From the NCBI GenBank assembly GCA_965228735.1, contig OZ245838.1, positions 6,304,001 through 6,368,000 of the forward strand: a stretch of 64,000 nucleotides of DNA, given 5' to 3'. Within the stretch, counting starts at the first letter, position 1, and every line of letters starts with the position of its first letter. Positions 30,797 to 39,848 of this stretch are shown one piece after another. The translations under genes were made by a program, and so were the position numbers. Under the pieces are notes generated by a model, which worked only from the letters and a program-made list of their open reading frames with translations, was not told the origin of the DNA and did not search any database. The DNA comes from Planctomycetota bacterium (lineage in GTDB: Bacteria > Planctomycetota > UBA1135 > UBA2386).

Positions 30797-31821
30797 GCGG
30801 ACCGCCCGCAGCACGCGAGGCCGAGGCCGCCACCGCGGGCAATCCGTTGCGCCAGGCGCTCTGGCCGCTCGGACTGCTGTACGGCGCGGTCACGGCGATC
30901 CGGAACCATGCGTTCGACGCGGGCTGGAAGCAGGTGCATCGGCTGTCCGTGCCCGTGGTGTCGATCGGCAACCTCACGGTCGGGGGCACGGGGAAGACGC
31001 CAACGGCGGCGTGGCTGGGCGCGCTCGCCGCGCAACGTGGCCGGCGCCCCGGCGTGCTCGCGCGCGGCTACGGTCGAGCCGAGGGTGCCGTACTCAACGA
31101 CGAGGGCATGATGCTCGCCGCCAGATTGCCCGAGCTGCTGCAGGAACAGGACCCCGACCGCGTCGCCGGCGGCAAGCGGCTCGTCGAGCGCGGCTGCGAC
31201 TACGTGGTGCTCGACGACGGGTTTCAGCATCGGCGGCTGCATCGCGACCTCGACGTCGTGTGCCTCGACGCATGGCGACCGTTCGGCAACGGCCAGTGCC
31301 TGCCGGCGGGGGACCTGCGTGAGTATCGATCGGGGTTGCGGCGCGCCGGGCTCGTCCTGCTCACGCGTTCGGGCGGACTGACGCGCGAGCAGATCGCGGC
31401 GCGGGTGCAGCGGATCCGGCAGCTCGCGCGGCGCGATGACCTGACCGTTCATGCGTGCGAGCACGCGCCGACGAAGCTCATCGAGCAGCCGGCGGGCGCC
31501 GAGCGCGAAGCGACGGAGCTCGCGGGGCGGCGCGTCGTGCTGCTGTCCGCGATCGCGCGGCCGGCCAGCTTCCTGGCGACGGTGACCGAGCTGGGCGCCG
31601 AGGTCGTGCGGGAGCTGCGCTATCGCGACCACCACCGTTTTACCGCAGCCGAGATCGAGCGCGCGGTCGAGGCCGCGACCGCGGCCGACGCCGTGCTGCT
31701 CACCACGGAGAAGGACGACGTGAAGCTCGCGTTGGTCGCGCCCGACGCGCCGCGCTCCGTGCTGCGTATCGAGCTGCGCTTCGTCGACGCGGACCCGCGG
31801 CCGCAGGAGTTCCTGCTGTGA
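30793..31821 (+). CDS. lpxK: Tetraacyldisaccharide 4'-kinase
   Basis: PVVSIGNLTVGGTGKTP, RGYG, DE..M, LDDGFQHRRL.RD.D, LPAG.LRE, DHH.F, TTEKD.VKL. Confidence 0.95.
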   Translation: MSGPPAAREAEAATAGNPLRQALWPLGLLYGAVTAIRNHAFDAGWKQVHRLSVPVVSIGNLTVGGTGKTPTAAWLGALAAQRGRRPGVLARGYGRAEGAVLNDEGMMLAARLPELLQEQDPDRVAGGKRLVERGCDYVVLDDGFQHRRLHRDLDVVCLDAWRPFGNGQCLPAGDLREYRSGLRRAGLVLLTRSGGLTREQIAARVQRIRQLARRDDLTVHACEHAPTKLIEQPAGAEREATELAGRRVVLLSAIARPASFLATVTELGAEVVRELRYRDHHRFTAAEIERAVEAATAADAVLLTTEKDDVKLALVAPDAPRSVLRIELRFVDADPRPQEFLL

Positions 31822-32798
31822 GCCAGCGCCCGAAGGCCCGGGTCGGCGACCGCATCGTCTACTGGCTCGCACGCATCGCGATCGGGACCGCCGCGCGCGT
31901 CCCCGAACGCCTCGGCTACGGCGTCGCCGCCTGGCTCGGGCGCGTCTACTTCCGGTGTTCGAAGAAGCGCCAGGGCTACGCGCTGCGCTTCCTGCAGGCC
32001 GCGTATCCCGATCGCGACGAACGTGAGCTGCTCGACCTCGGCAGCAAGGCCACGGGCAACCTCTTTCAGGTGCCGCTCGACATGGCGCGCCTCACCCGGT
32101 TGCTCGCGCGCGGCGGCAGGCTCGAGGACGTGCTCGACTACACGGCTGCCGAAGCGTCGCTCGTGACCGCGGCACCCTACGTCGCGGTAACGGCGCACCT
32201 CGGCAGCTGGGAGATGGCCGCCGCCGGCATGGCCAACCGCGCAGGCGAGGCCCACGGCATCGCGAAGGTGTCGAAGAACCCGCTGCTGCAGCAGTGGATC
32301 CTCGACAACCGCCGCCGCGCGGGCCTCTTCATCCACCCGCGCCGCGGCGGGGTGCGCGACCTGAAGCGCGCGCTGCAACGCGGCGCCGTCGGTCTCCAGG
32401 TCGTCGATCAGAACCAGCGCCTGCGCGGCGTGTTCGCGCCGTTCTTCGGCAAGGTCGCGAGCTGCGAACGCGCGGCCGTGACGCTGTGCCTGCGCAACGG
32501 CTACCCGTTGATCGTCGGCGGCGCGCTGCGCGTCGACGGCCGCTTCCGGTTCCGCCTCGTGCTGCTGCCGCCGATCGTCTTCGAGTCGACGGGCAACAAG
32601 GCGAAAGACCTCTACGACGGCGTCTGCGCCGTGAACGAGCGGCTCGAGCAGCTGATCCGCATGGCGCCCGAGCAGTACCTGTGGATCCACGATCGCTATC
32701 GCAAGCAGCCGCCCGCGGGCTGGGTGCCCGGCGCCGACTTCGAGGAGGGCGACGGCGAAGAGGGCGACGGCGAACCGGCGGAAGCGAACGCGTCATGA
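31818..32798 (+). CDS. lpxL: Lipid A late acyltransferase (LpxL/HtrB family)
   Basis: TAHLGSWE, DQ....GVF.PFFG, LE..IR..PEQYLW.H.R. Confidence 0.88.
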   Translation: MSQRPKARVGDRIVYWLARIAIGTAARVPERLGYGVAAWLGRVYFRCSKKRQGYALRFLQAAYPDRDERELLDLGSKATGNLFQVPLDMARLTRLLARGGRLEDVLDYTAAEASLVTAAPYVAVTAHLGSWEMAAAGMANRAGEAHGIAKVSKNPLLQQWILDNRRRAGLFIHPRRGGVRDLKRALQRGAVGLQVVDQNQRLRGVFAPFFGKVASCERAAVTLCLRNGYPLIVGGALRVDGRFRFRLVLLPPIVFESTGNKAKDLYDGVCAVNERLEQLIRMAPEQYLWIHDRYRKQPPAGWVPGADFEEGDGEEGDGEPAEANAS

Positions 32799-32858
32799 GC
32801 GACGCGTCTTGCTGGCTCTCGGGCTCTGCAAGAACGGGCCGCCGGTGCCCCCGGCCAG

Positions 32859-33038
32859 TCACGCGCCGGAGCCGTATTGCGCCACGAAGGCCTCGAATCG
32901 TTGCTTCAGGTCCAGGTCGCGGTGATATCCGCGCTCGTGGATGAGTCGCACGAGGGCGCCGGCTCGCGCGAGGTCCGCAACGGAAGCAACTCGAATGAGC
33001 GCCTGCAGGTCGGCGCGGTCGTTCGGCCGGATGTCAAC
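32859..33038 (-). pseudogene. 5'-truncated C-terminal remnant of a nucleotidyltransferase (AbiEii-like) toxin-family gene
   Basis: Startless frame VDIRPNDRADLQALIRVASVADLARAGALVRLIHERGYHRDLDLKQRFEAFVAQYGSGA*; in-frame TAA at 33060-33062 upstream. Confidence 0.55.
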
Positions 33039-33129
33039 AATTCTGCGTGTGCACGCGAGTTACGGGGGCGTTTCGACGGATGGTGTGCCACTTGGGGTGG
33101 GCGCAGATCCGGGATGGCTCCGCCCCCGA

Positions 33130-33157
33130 TTGACAGTGTGCGACAATGTCATACAAC
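33130..33157 (+). promoter_or_regulatory. parDE promoter with overlapping inverted-repeat operator
   Basis: TTGACA(33130)-N16-TACAAC; TGACA-N11-TGTCA inverted repeat including the GACAATGTC palindrome. Confidence 0.65.
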
Positions 33158-33170
33158 GGCCTCGCGTACT

Positions 33171-33464
33171 ATGGCCAAGCGAGAGAACATCAGCGTGTCC
33201 TTCACCTCCAAGCAGGCCGACTTCCTGGCCGAATGCGTCGCGTCCGGCCGCTACCAAACCGTCAGCGAGGTCGTGCGCGAAGGGCTGCGGCTGCTCGAGG
33301 ACCAGCAGCGGCTGCGGGATGCCGAGGTCGAGCGCGCCCGGGCGTTGATCCGAGAGGGTGCCGAACAACTCGATCGTGGTGAGACGGTCGACGCGGACAC
33401 GTTCTTCGCGGACTGGGATCGCGAGCTCGCGGCCCTGGAGGCGCGACGAACGGACGATTCATGA
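33171..33464 (+). CDS. parD: Type II antitoxin, ParD (RHH) family
   Basis: ISVSFT..QA.F....VASGRY.T.SEVVREGLRLLE. Confidence 0.92.
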   Translation: MAKRENISVSFTSKQADFLAECVASGRYQTVSEVVREGLRLLEDQQRLRDAEVERARALIREGAEQLDRGETVDADTFFADWDRELAALEARRTDDS

Positions 33465-33784
33465 GTCGGATCCAGCTCTCGCGCGCGACCGAGCGTGACC
33501 GCCGGGACATCATGGATTTCACGATCGCGCGCTTCGGACCGAGCCAGGCCCGGCGCGTTCGTGATGCGCTCGAGCAGACGCTTCGCCGACTGCTCGAATC
33601 ACCAGGCCTCGGGCGCACCAATCCGGAGCTGGACCCGCCGGGCCACACGCTCCGCTACTACGTCCTGTTGCGGACGTTCGTGATCGTCTACGAATCCGTT
33701 CCCGATGGGATCCGCGTCGCCCGCTTGCTGCACGGCGCGCGCGACGTTGCGAGGGAACTCGGTGGTGACGTCGGGGATGAGTAG
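33461..33784 (+). CDS. parE: Type II toxin, ParE/RelE family
   Basis: LS..A..D...I...T..RFG..QA, L...PGLGR, I.Y......I.V.R.LHG.RD; ATGA overlap with parD. Confidence 0.9.
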   Translation: MSRIQLSRATERDRRDIMDFTIARFGPSQARRVRDALEQTLRRLLESPGLGRTNPELDPPGHTLRYYVLLRTFVIVYESVPDGIRVARLLHGARDVARELGGDVGDE

Positions 33785-33902
33785 ACGTCCCGGCGCGCAG
33801 CGGTTGCAGTCCGAGTCCCGCGCAGAGTCAGCCACGCCGAGAGGGGCCGTAAGCAACAGCAGACGAGTGCGAATCGCCGCACTGCAGAGTCCAGGGCTGG
33901 AT

Positions 33903-33979
33903 TGGCACGCCCGGCAGGATTCGAACCTGCGACCATCGGCTTAGAAGGCCGGTGCTCTATCCAGCTGAGCTACGGGCGC
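33903..33979 (-). tRNA. tRNA-Arg(TCT)
   Basis: GCGCCCG/CGGGCGT acceptor stem, GCCA end, anticodon loop CT-TCT-AA, GGTTCGAATCC. Confidence 0.97.
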
Positions 33980-34135
33980 CCGCCGGGAGTCTAGCGCGAT
34001 CGATCTGCCCGTGACATGGTCACGATCGAGCGTTCTCACGCGCACCGCCGTGCCGCGCGACGCTTCGCGGTATCGTGTACGGACTACCTATCGTGCCCGT
34101 TCGCCGGGCAACCCCCGTCACCACGAACTCACACC

Positions 34136-35119
34136 ATGCGCGCTACCACCACCGCAACCGCCGTTCTCTTCACTGTCACCATCGCCACCGCCCAGGCCCA
34201 GATCCAGGCGGCGTTCGACCCCTACGGCGAGTCGTGCAACGGCACGAGCGAGTCGGCGTGCCTCACGCAGAACGACGTGGGTCCAAGTCTGTCCGTCGGG
34301 TCGTTGCCCAACGAGTATGCCTACCCCGTCGTGAACACGACGGGCAACCCGATCCAGGTCGTCGGGTTCGAGGTCTTCACGGTGACGAACACCAACCCGG
34401 TCGAGACCGTCAACACGGCGGTCCACCGCGACGCCTCCGGGGCGGGCGCGGTGACGCATACCGCGCCGGACTTCACGGCCGCCGCCGTCGGCACGATCAC
34501 GGTCACCAACGCGCAGGCGTTCTATGCGACGACGGTGTATCCGCCGCTGACGATCGCGCCGGGCGAAGCGTTCTGGATCGCGCACGACTGCTTCAGCATC
34601 GTCTCACCCGCGGAGAACCTCGGTGGTGTCGCCGGGCCGGCCACGGTGCACTGGCGCCGGCCGAGCTACAACGGCAACGCCTGGACGACCTCGTCGTCCG
34701 TGACGAATCCGATCTTCAAGATCCGTTGCCTCGCGAGCAACGTGCCCGCCCCGGGTCTCACGGCGTCGTCGTTGCCCCAGCTCGGCGGCAACTTCGTGCT
34801 GGACGTGGTGGGCGGCGCGCCGAGCCTGTTCGCGTTCGTGATCTACTCGTTCGACAACACCCAGGTGTTCGGGTTGCCGACGCCGGTCGATCTCGCCTTG
34901 TTCAATGCGCCCGGGTGCTTCGGCTACGTGTCGCACGACGTCACCATCACGCTGCAACTCGACACGATGGGCCATGGTTCGACCGCGCCGTTCGCGGTTC
35001 CGAACAACCCGCTGTTCGACGGCCTCGTCTGGTACAACCAGGCCGCGGTCATTGCCCCTGGCGTCAATCCGTTGAGCATGCTCGCGAGCAACGCGGGGCA
35101 GGCCACCGTCGGGATGTGA
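34136..35119 (+). CDS. Secreted protein with the shared domain split around an inserted beta-sandwich
   Basis: Signal ending AQA|QI; FDPYGESCNG at the mature N-terminus; remainder LPQLG...APGC...NQAAVIAPGVNPL...SNAG at the C-terminus. Confidence 0.82.
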   Translation: MRATTTATAVLFTVTIATAQAQIQAAFDPYGESCNGTSESACLTQNDVGPSLSVGSLPNEYAYPVVNTTGNPIQVVGFEVFTVTNTNPVETVNTAVHRDASGAGAVTHTAPDFTAAAVGTITVTNAQAFYATTVYPPLTIAPGEAFWIAHDCFSIVSPAENLGGVAGPATVHWRRPSYNGNAWTTSSSVTNPIFKIRCLASNVPAPGLTASSLPQLGGNFVLDVVGGAPSLFAFVIYSFDNTQVFGLPTPVDLALFNAPGCFGYVSHDVTITLQLDTMGHGSTAPFAVPNNPLFDGLVWYNQAAVIAPGVNPLSMLASNAGQATVGM

Positions 35120-35201
35120 CGCGGTCTCGAACCCGCGGCCGCATCGGGGGCTCGCCGAGCCTCCGGAGAGGTCGGCATGGGGTACACTTCGGGGTCTGCT
35201 C

Positions 35202-35879
35202 ATGCCCCGTTCCGACTCGAGTGCCCCGCATCGCGACCCGACGTCCTGGGGGCAGCTGATCGACAGCATCGACTCGGCGAACGTGTTCGTGCTGATCGCC
35301 GGTTGGCTCGGGCCGAAGGCGCGGCTGTCGGTCACGGTGGAGGACCTGTGGCAGGAGACCCTCTGGCTCGCCTGGCGCGACCGACAGCAGCACGAATGGG
35401 TCAACCTCCGCAAGTACCGGGCGTGGTTGCTCGGGATCGCGAAGCACCGAATCCGGGAGGTCGTGCGCAACCTCGGCCGGCAGAAGCGCGGGGGCGGCGT
35501 GCGGACGGATTCGCTGTCCGCGTTCGGCGGTGCGGACACGGCCGCTTCCTACCTGCCGCCGCAGTCGACGACGCCGAGTCGCGTCGCGTCCAACATGGAG
35601 CGGGCACGATCGCTCGAACAGGCGCTCGAGGCGCTCGACGAACCGTTGCGCGCGGTCGTGCGGTTGCGGCTGTTCGAGGAGGTGTCGTCGCAAGAGGCGG
35701 CTGACCGGCTCGCGATACCGCTGTCGACGGCGAAGGAGCGGTTCGTGCGCGGGACCAAGCGCTATCGGCTGGAGCTCGAGCGGTTGCTCGGCCGCGGCGG
35801 TGGCGACGGGGATCCGGACGACGGGGATGCCGACGACGGCGGCGCGTCGGCGACGACGACGCCGGGTGGGGCGCCGTGA
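35202..35879 (+). CDS. ECF sigma factor (kinase-associated)
   Basis: VEDLWQET, YRAWLLGIA.HRI, TTPSR, AL.AL.E..R.VV.LR.FE, E.A.RL.IP.ST.K.R. Confidence 0.88.
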   Translation: MPRSDSSAPHRDPTSWGQLIDSIDSANVFVLIAGWLGPKARLSVTVEDLWQETLWLAWRDRQQHEWVNLRKYRAWLLGIAKHRIREVVRNLGRQKRGGGVRTDSLSAFGGADTAASYLPPQSTTPSRVASNMERARSLEQALEALDEPLRAVVRLRLFEEVSSQEAADRLAIPLSTAKERFVRGTKRYRLELERLLGRGGGDGDPDDGDADDGGASATTTPGGAP

Positions 35880-38800
35880 CATCCGCGTCGCGTGACGATG
35901 ATCCCGCGTTCGCCGACCTGCTCGACGAACTGCTCGCGGCGTTGCTCGACGGCGAGGAGCCGGATCTCGTGAGCGTTGCCGAGCGCCACCCGGAGGCCCG
36001 CGAGCGGGTCGACGAGGCCTGGCGGCTGGCGTGTGACGTCGCGGGGCGGCGAGTGACGCCGCGACCGGTGCTCGGCGGCTACGAGGTCGTGCGGGAACTC
36101 GGGCGCGGCGGCATGGGATCGGTCTACCTCGCCAAGAACGAGCAGCTCGGCCGCGAGGTCGCCATCAAGGTGCTGCCGCACTCGTTCGGTCTGTCCGCAG
36201 CCAGCCGGCAGCGCTTCCTCGCCGAGGCGCGCGCGCTCGCGCAGGTGCACCACGAGAACATCGTCGGCATTCATCGCATCGTCGACGATGGTGAGCTGCT
36301 CGCGTTCGAGATGGAGTATGTCGATGGCCCGAGCCTGCAGACGCTCCTGTCGCACCTGCGCGCCGTGCGGGAGCGCACCGGCACCATGCCGACGCTGCGG
36401 GACGTCGCCGAACTGTTGCAGCTCGACGAGCATGCGCTCGGGGCTCGCAGCCTGACGCAGTTCTTCGTGCGGATCGGGCTCGCGGTCGCACGGGCGCTCG
36501 GCGCGGTGCACGACCGTGGGTTCGTGCATCGGGATGTCAAGCCGGCCAACATCCTGCTGCGGTGCGACGGCCAGCCCGTCCTGGCCGACTTCGGCCTCGT
36601 GCGCGACACCTCGCTGCAGCGCACGAGCCGGACCGGTTTCGCGGGGACGCCCGTCTACTCGTCTCCCGAGCAGATGCGTGGGCATTCGCCCGTCGGTTCG
36701 GCGACCGACGTCTACGCCCTCGCGGTGACGCTGTACGAATGCCTGACGCTGACGCCGCCGTTCGCGGGGCGCACGACGACGGACCTGTTGCGCCGGATCG
36801 AGGCTGGGCGGGTGCAGCCGTTGCGGCGACTCGCGCCCGATGCGCCGCGCGACCTCGAGACGATCGTCACGCGGGCGATGGAGCTGGAGCCGCACAACCG
36901 GTATGGCAGCGGTGGCGAACTGGCCGACGATCTCGAGCGGTTGCTCGAGCTGCGGCCGATTCGAGCGCGGCCCGTCGGGCTCGGTCGCCGACTCGGCAAG
37001 TTCTCGCGCCGCAACCGTGTCGCCCTGCTCGCCGGTTGTGCGGGTGCGCTCCTGGTGCTGCTGCTCGTCTGGCCGTTGTTCGCCCACGTGCAGGCCGCCG
37101 CCAGAGCCCAGGACGCGGCGGCGGCGCACGTTCAAAGCGCCCGCCAGCAGCTGCTGGCGCCGGCCTGTCGGGCGTTCGCTGCGGGTCGAACACGATCGTT
37201 CGCGGCGCGCGCTGTCGATCCGTCGGCGGATCCGCTGCAGTCGGCGGTTGCCGACTACGAACGCGCGCTCGCGCTGCAGCCGGCGAATGGCGCGGCGCGC
37301 GCCGAACTCGCGGTCGTGCGGATGGCGCTGTGGCAGCGCGACCTCACCGTGCAGAGTCGTGAGGGGCTCGCGGCGGCGATCGCAACGGCCGAATACGCGA
37401 CGCTCACGCGCGCGCTGCCGCCGCTCGTGCGCGAAGTCGCTCGCGGCATCGCGAGTGGAGCGGCGTTGCCGCCCGACCTGAGTGCGCGGCTGACGCGGGA
37501 CTCCGAGCGCGCGGCGCTCGGGTTGCTCGGCTACCTGCTCGGGGAACCCCGCCTGGTCGAGGTCGCCTGGGGAACGGCGGGCGTGGATGTCGGGAATGCC
37601 AGTCTGCGGGATGCGATCCAGGGTCTGCAGCTCCTGGCCGATGGCGACTCCGAGGCTGCATTCGCGCGGCTGCGCGCGGCCCATCGGTCGTTCCCCGATG
37701 TCGGCCTGGAGCTCGAACTCGCCGAGGCCGCGCTCGCGATGGGCGAGGTGACGCGAGCCGAACAGTGGTTCGGCCGCACGGCCGATTCCGGCGCCCGCGA
37801 TCCGCGGCGGCTGCGCGTGCGGGCGGACCTGCTCGCGGCGCGTGGTGACGATGAAGCGGCCGCCGCGCTGTACGGCGAGCTCGCGGAGGACTTCGTTCAT
37901 GATCCGACGCCGTTCTTCCGGCTCGCGCAGCTCGCCGCGCGCGCCGGCCGGCTCGAAGCCGCGGCGGCGCAACTCGAGGCGATCCTCGCCGCGTGGCCCG
38001 ACGAGCCGCGCTTTCGGCTGGCGCGCGCGCGGATCGCGCTGCAGCAGCGCGACAGCGCGCGCTACCTCTGGCAGGTGCTGGCCGTCCTGCGGCTCGATCC
38101 CGCGCGCCTGACCGCCGGTGGCGTCGCCCGGCGGCGCGAGATCCTGCGTATCGGCGGCCTGCTGCGGTTGCTCGGTGCCGACCTCGATCGGGCGGGCGGC
38201 CGGGTCGGAACCACGTTCCTCGGCGGCGAACAGCCCCTGCGCGCGCTGCTACCGAGCGAGCGGGTCGACCGACTCGAAGATCTCCTGCCGCACCTGGCCA
38301 TCGTGCTGGACTCGATGCCGGTCAGGATTCGCGGCGCGGGCATCGATCCCCTCACCCGTCGGTTGTTCGGCGAGTTGCCGTTGGCACTGGCGAGGCTGCC
38401 GGCCACCGCCGCCTGGCTCGGACCGGCACGGCGCTGGGCGTGCGAGCTGATGCCGACGGCCTTGTGGGCGGCCTATCCGACGCTCCAGCAGCTGCATCGG
38501 CAGCTGATCCTCACGTTGCCGGGTTCGGGCTGGAACTCCGTCGATCTGGTCGCGGTCGCGCCGCCGGTCGCGCTGCACCCCGTCCACGAGTTCGGCTCCG
38601 ACCTGCGCGTGGGCGCGGACTGGAACGGCGACGGCACGCCGGAGGTGCTCGTCGGCTGTCAGGCGAAGGACCCGCGATCGGCGCCGGGCCACGCGTTCGT
38701 CGTCGACGGACGGACGGCTGCCGTTCTCGCGTCGGTGGAACGACCGGCCGGCGACCACCTCTTCGGGTACGCCGTGCAGCTGCTCGGCGATGTCGATGGT

Positions 38801-39718
38801 GACGATGTCTCGGACTGGTGCGTCGGCGCTCCGGGTGGCGTCGCCGACGCGCGCGACGGCTTCGTCGAACTGCTGTCGGGCCGGGATCAGACCGTGATCG
38901 GTCGCGTGCGAGAGCCCGCCGTCGCTTTCGGAGTCGCGCTCGCGGCACTCGGCGATGTCGACGGTGACGGTGTGCCGGACTTCGCGGTCGGGGTGCCCCC
39001 GATCGTGCAGAACGCGACGCCTCAGGGCCACGTCTCGATCTACTCGGGGCGCACGCGGGAACGGCTGCGCGAGCTGCGGAACGACATCCCGGGCGTCTGG
39101 TTCGGGGCCTCCCTGGCAGCGGTCGGCGACGTCGATGACGACGGCTGCGTCGATCTGCTCGTCGGTGGCAACTATGGCGGCGCAGCAGGCCTCGTCCGGC
39201 TGTACTCGGGCCGCGCCGGCGTGCCGCTGCACGAGTGGCGCGACGCCTCGACGGTCAGCGGGTTCGGTGCGTTCGTGTACGGGTTCGGAGACCTGGACGG
39301 CGACGATGTCGGCGACATCGGCGTCGCGTCGGTCAGTGTAGACGGCCATCTGGCCGATCGCCTCGCCGTGTTCTCGGGCGCGGACGGGCGGACGCTCAAT
39401 GTCTTCGAATCCGGTCGACCGGGCTCACGTCTCGGGGTCGCTGCCGTGCGCTATGGCTGTGGCCTCGGGCCTCCGGTGCTCGCGATCGGAGCGCCGCTGG
39501 GTGGGAACGCGCAGACCGGTCTCGTCGAGCTGTGGTCGATCGACGGCCGGCCGCTGTCGTCGCTGCTCGGCGCCGCCCCGGCCGGGTTCTTCGGTGGTCG
39601 CCTGGTCTCCGTCGGCGACACGAACGGCGACGGTCGCGACGAGCTGTTCGTCAGCCGGGGGCGGGGCAACGGCGGGGTCGACCGTGTCGACTCGCGGAGC
39701 CTCACGATCTCCCGGTAG
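35876..39718 (+). CDS. Hanks-type Ser/Thr kinase + TM + TPR-like region + FG-GAP beta-propeller
   Basis: LGRGGMGSVY, HRDVKPAN, DFG, GTPVYSSPEQ; TM helix; six Dx(D/N)xDx..(D/E) loops with FG/GAP motifs. Confidence 0.92.
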   Translation: MTSASRDDDPAFADLLDELLAALLDGEEPDLVSVAERHPEARERVDEAWRLACDVAGRRVTPRPVLGGYEVVRELGRGGMGSVYLAKNEQLGREVAIKVLPHSFGLSAASRQRFLAEARALAQVHHENIVGIHRIVDDGELLAFEMEYVDGPSLQTLLSHLRAVRERTGTMPTLRDVAELLQLDEHALGARSLTQFFVRIGLAVARALGAVHDRGFVHRDVKPANILLRCDGQPVLADFGLVRDTSLQRTSRTGFAGTPVYSSPEQMRGHSPVGSATDVYALAVTLYECLTLTPPFAGRTTTDLLRRIEAGRVQPLRRLAPDAPRDLETIVTRAMELEPHNRYGSGGELADDLERLLELRPIRARPVGLGRRLGKFSRRNRVALLAGCAGALLVLLLVWPLFAHVQAAARAQDAAAAHVQSARQQLLAPACRAFAAGRTRSFAARAVDPSADPLQSAVADYERALALQPANGAARAELAVVRMALWQRDLTVQSREGLAAAIATAEYATLTRALPPLVREVARGIASGAALPPDLSARLTRDSERAALGLLGYLLGEPRLVEVAWGTAGVDVGNASLRDAIQGLQLLADGDSEAAFARLRAAHRSFPDVGLELELAEAALAMGEVTRAEQWFGRTADSGARDPRRLRVRADLLAARGDDEAAAALYGELAEDFVHDPTPFFRLAQLAARAGRLEAAAAQLEAILAAWPDEPRFRLARARIALQQRDSARYLWQVLAVLRLDPARLTAGGVARRREILRIGGLLRLLGADLDRAGGRVGTTFLGGEQPLRALLPSERVDRLEDLLPHLAIVLDSMPVRIRGAGIDPLTRRLFGELPLALARLPATAAWLGPARRWACELMPTALWAAYPTLQQLHRQLILTLPGSGWNSVDLVAVAPPVALHPVHEFGSDLRVGADWNGDGTPEVLVGCQAKDPRSAPGHAFVVDGRTAAVLASVERPAGDHLFGYAVQLLGDVDGDDVSDWCVGAPGGVADARDGFVELLSGRDQTVIGRVREPAVAFGVALAALGDVDGDGVPDFAVGVPPIVQNATPQGHVSIYSGRTRERLRELRNDIPGVWFGASLAAVGDVDDDGCVDLLVGGNYGGAAGLVRLYSGRAGVPLHEWRDASTVSGFGAFVYGFGDLDGDDVGDIGVASVSVDGHLADRLAVFSGADGRTLNVFESGRPGSRLGVAAVRYGCGLGPPVLAIGAPLGGNAQTGLVELWSIDGRPLSSLLGAAPAGFFGGRLVSVGDTNGDGRDELFVSRGRGNGGVDRVDSRSLTISR

Positions 39719-39848
39719 GGCGGCCGCTCTCGCCGGCCCGGGATGCCCCGTGGCCCGGGCGTGACCGGGCCGCGGGAAAATGTGAGATGGACTTGGCCAG
39801 GTCCGGGGAAACGGCACCTCAGCGGCTCCGAAACCCTGGAGTCCCTGA

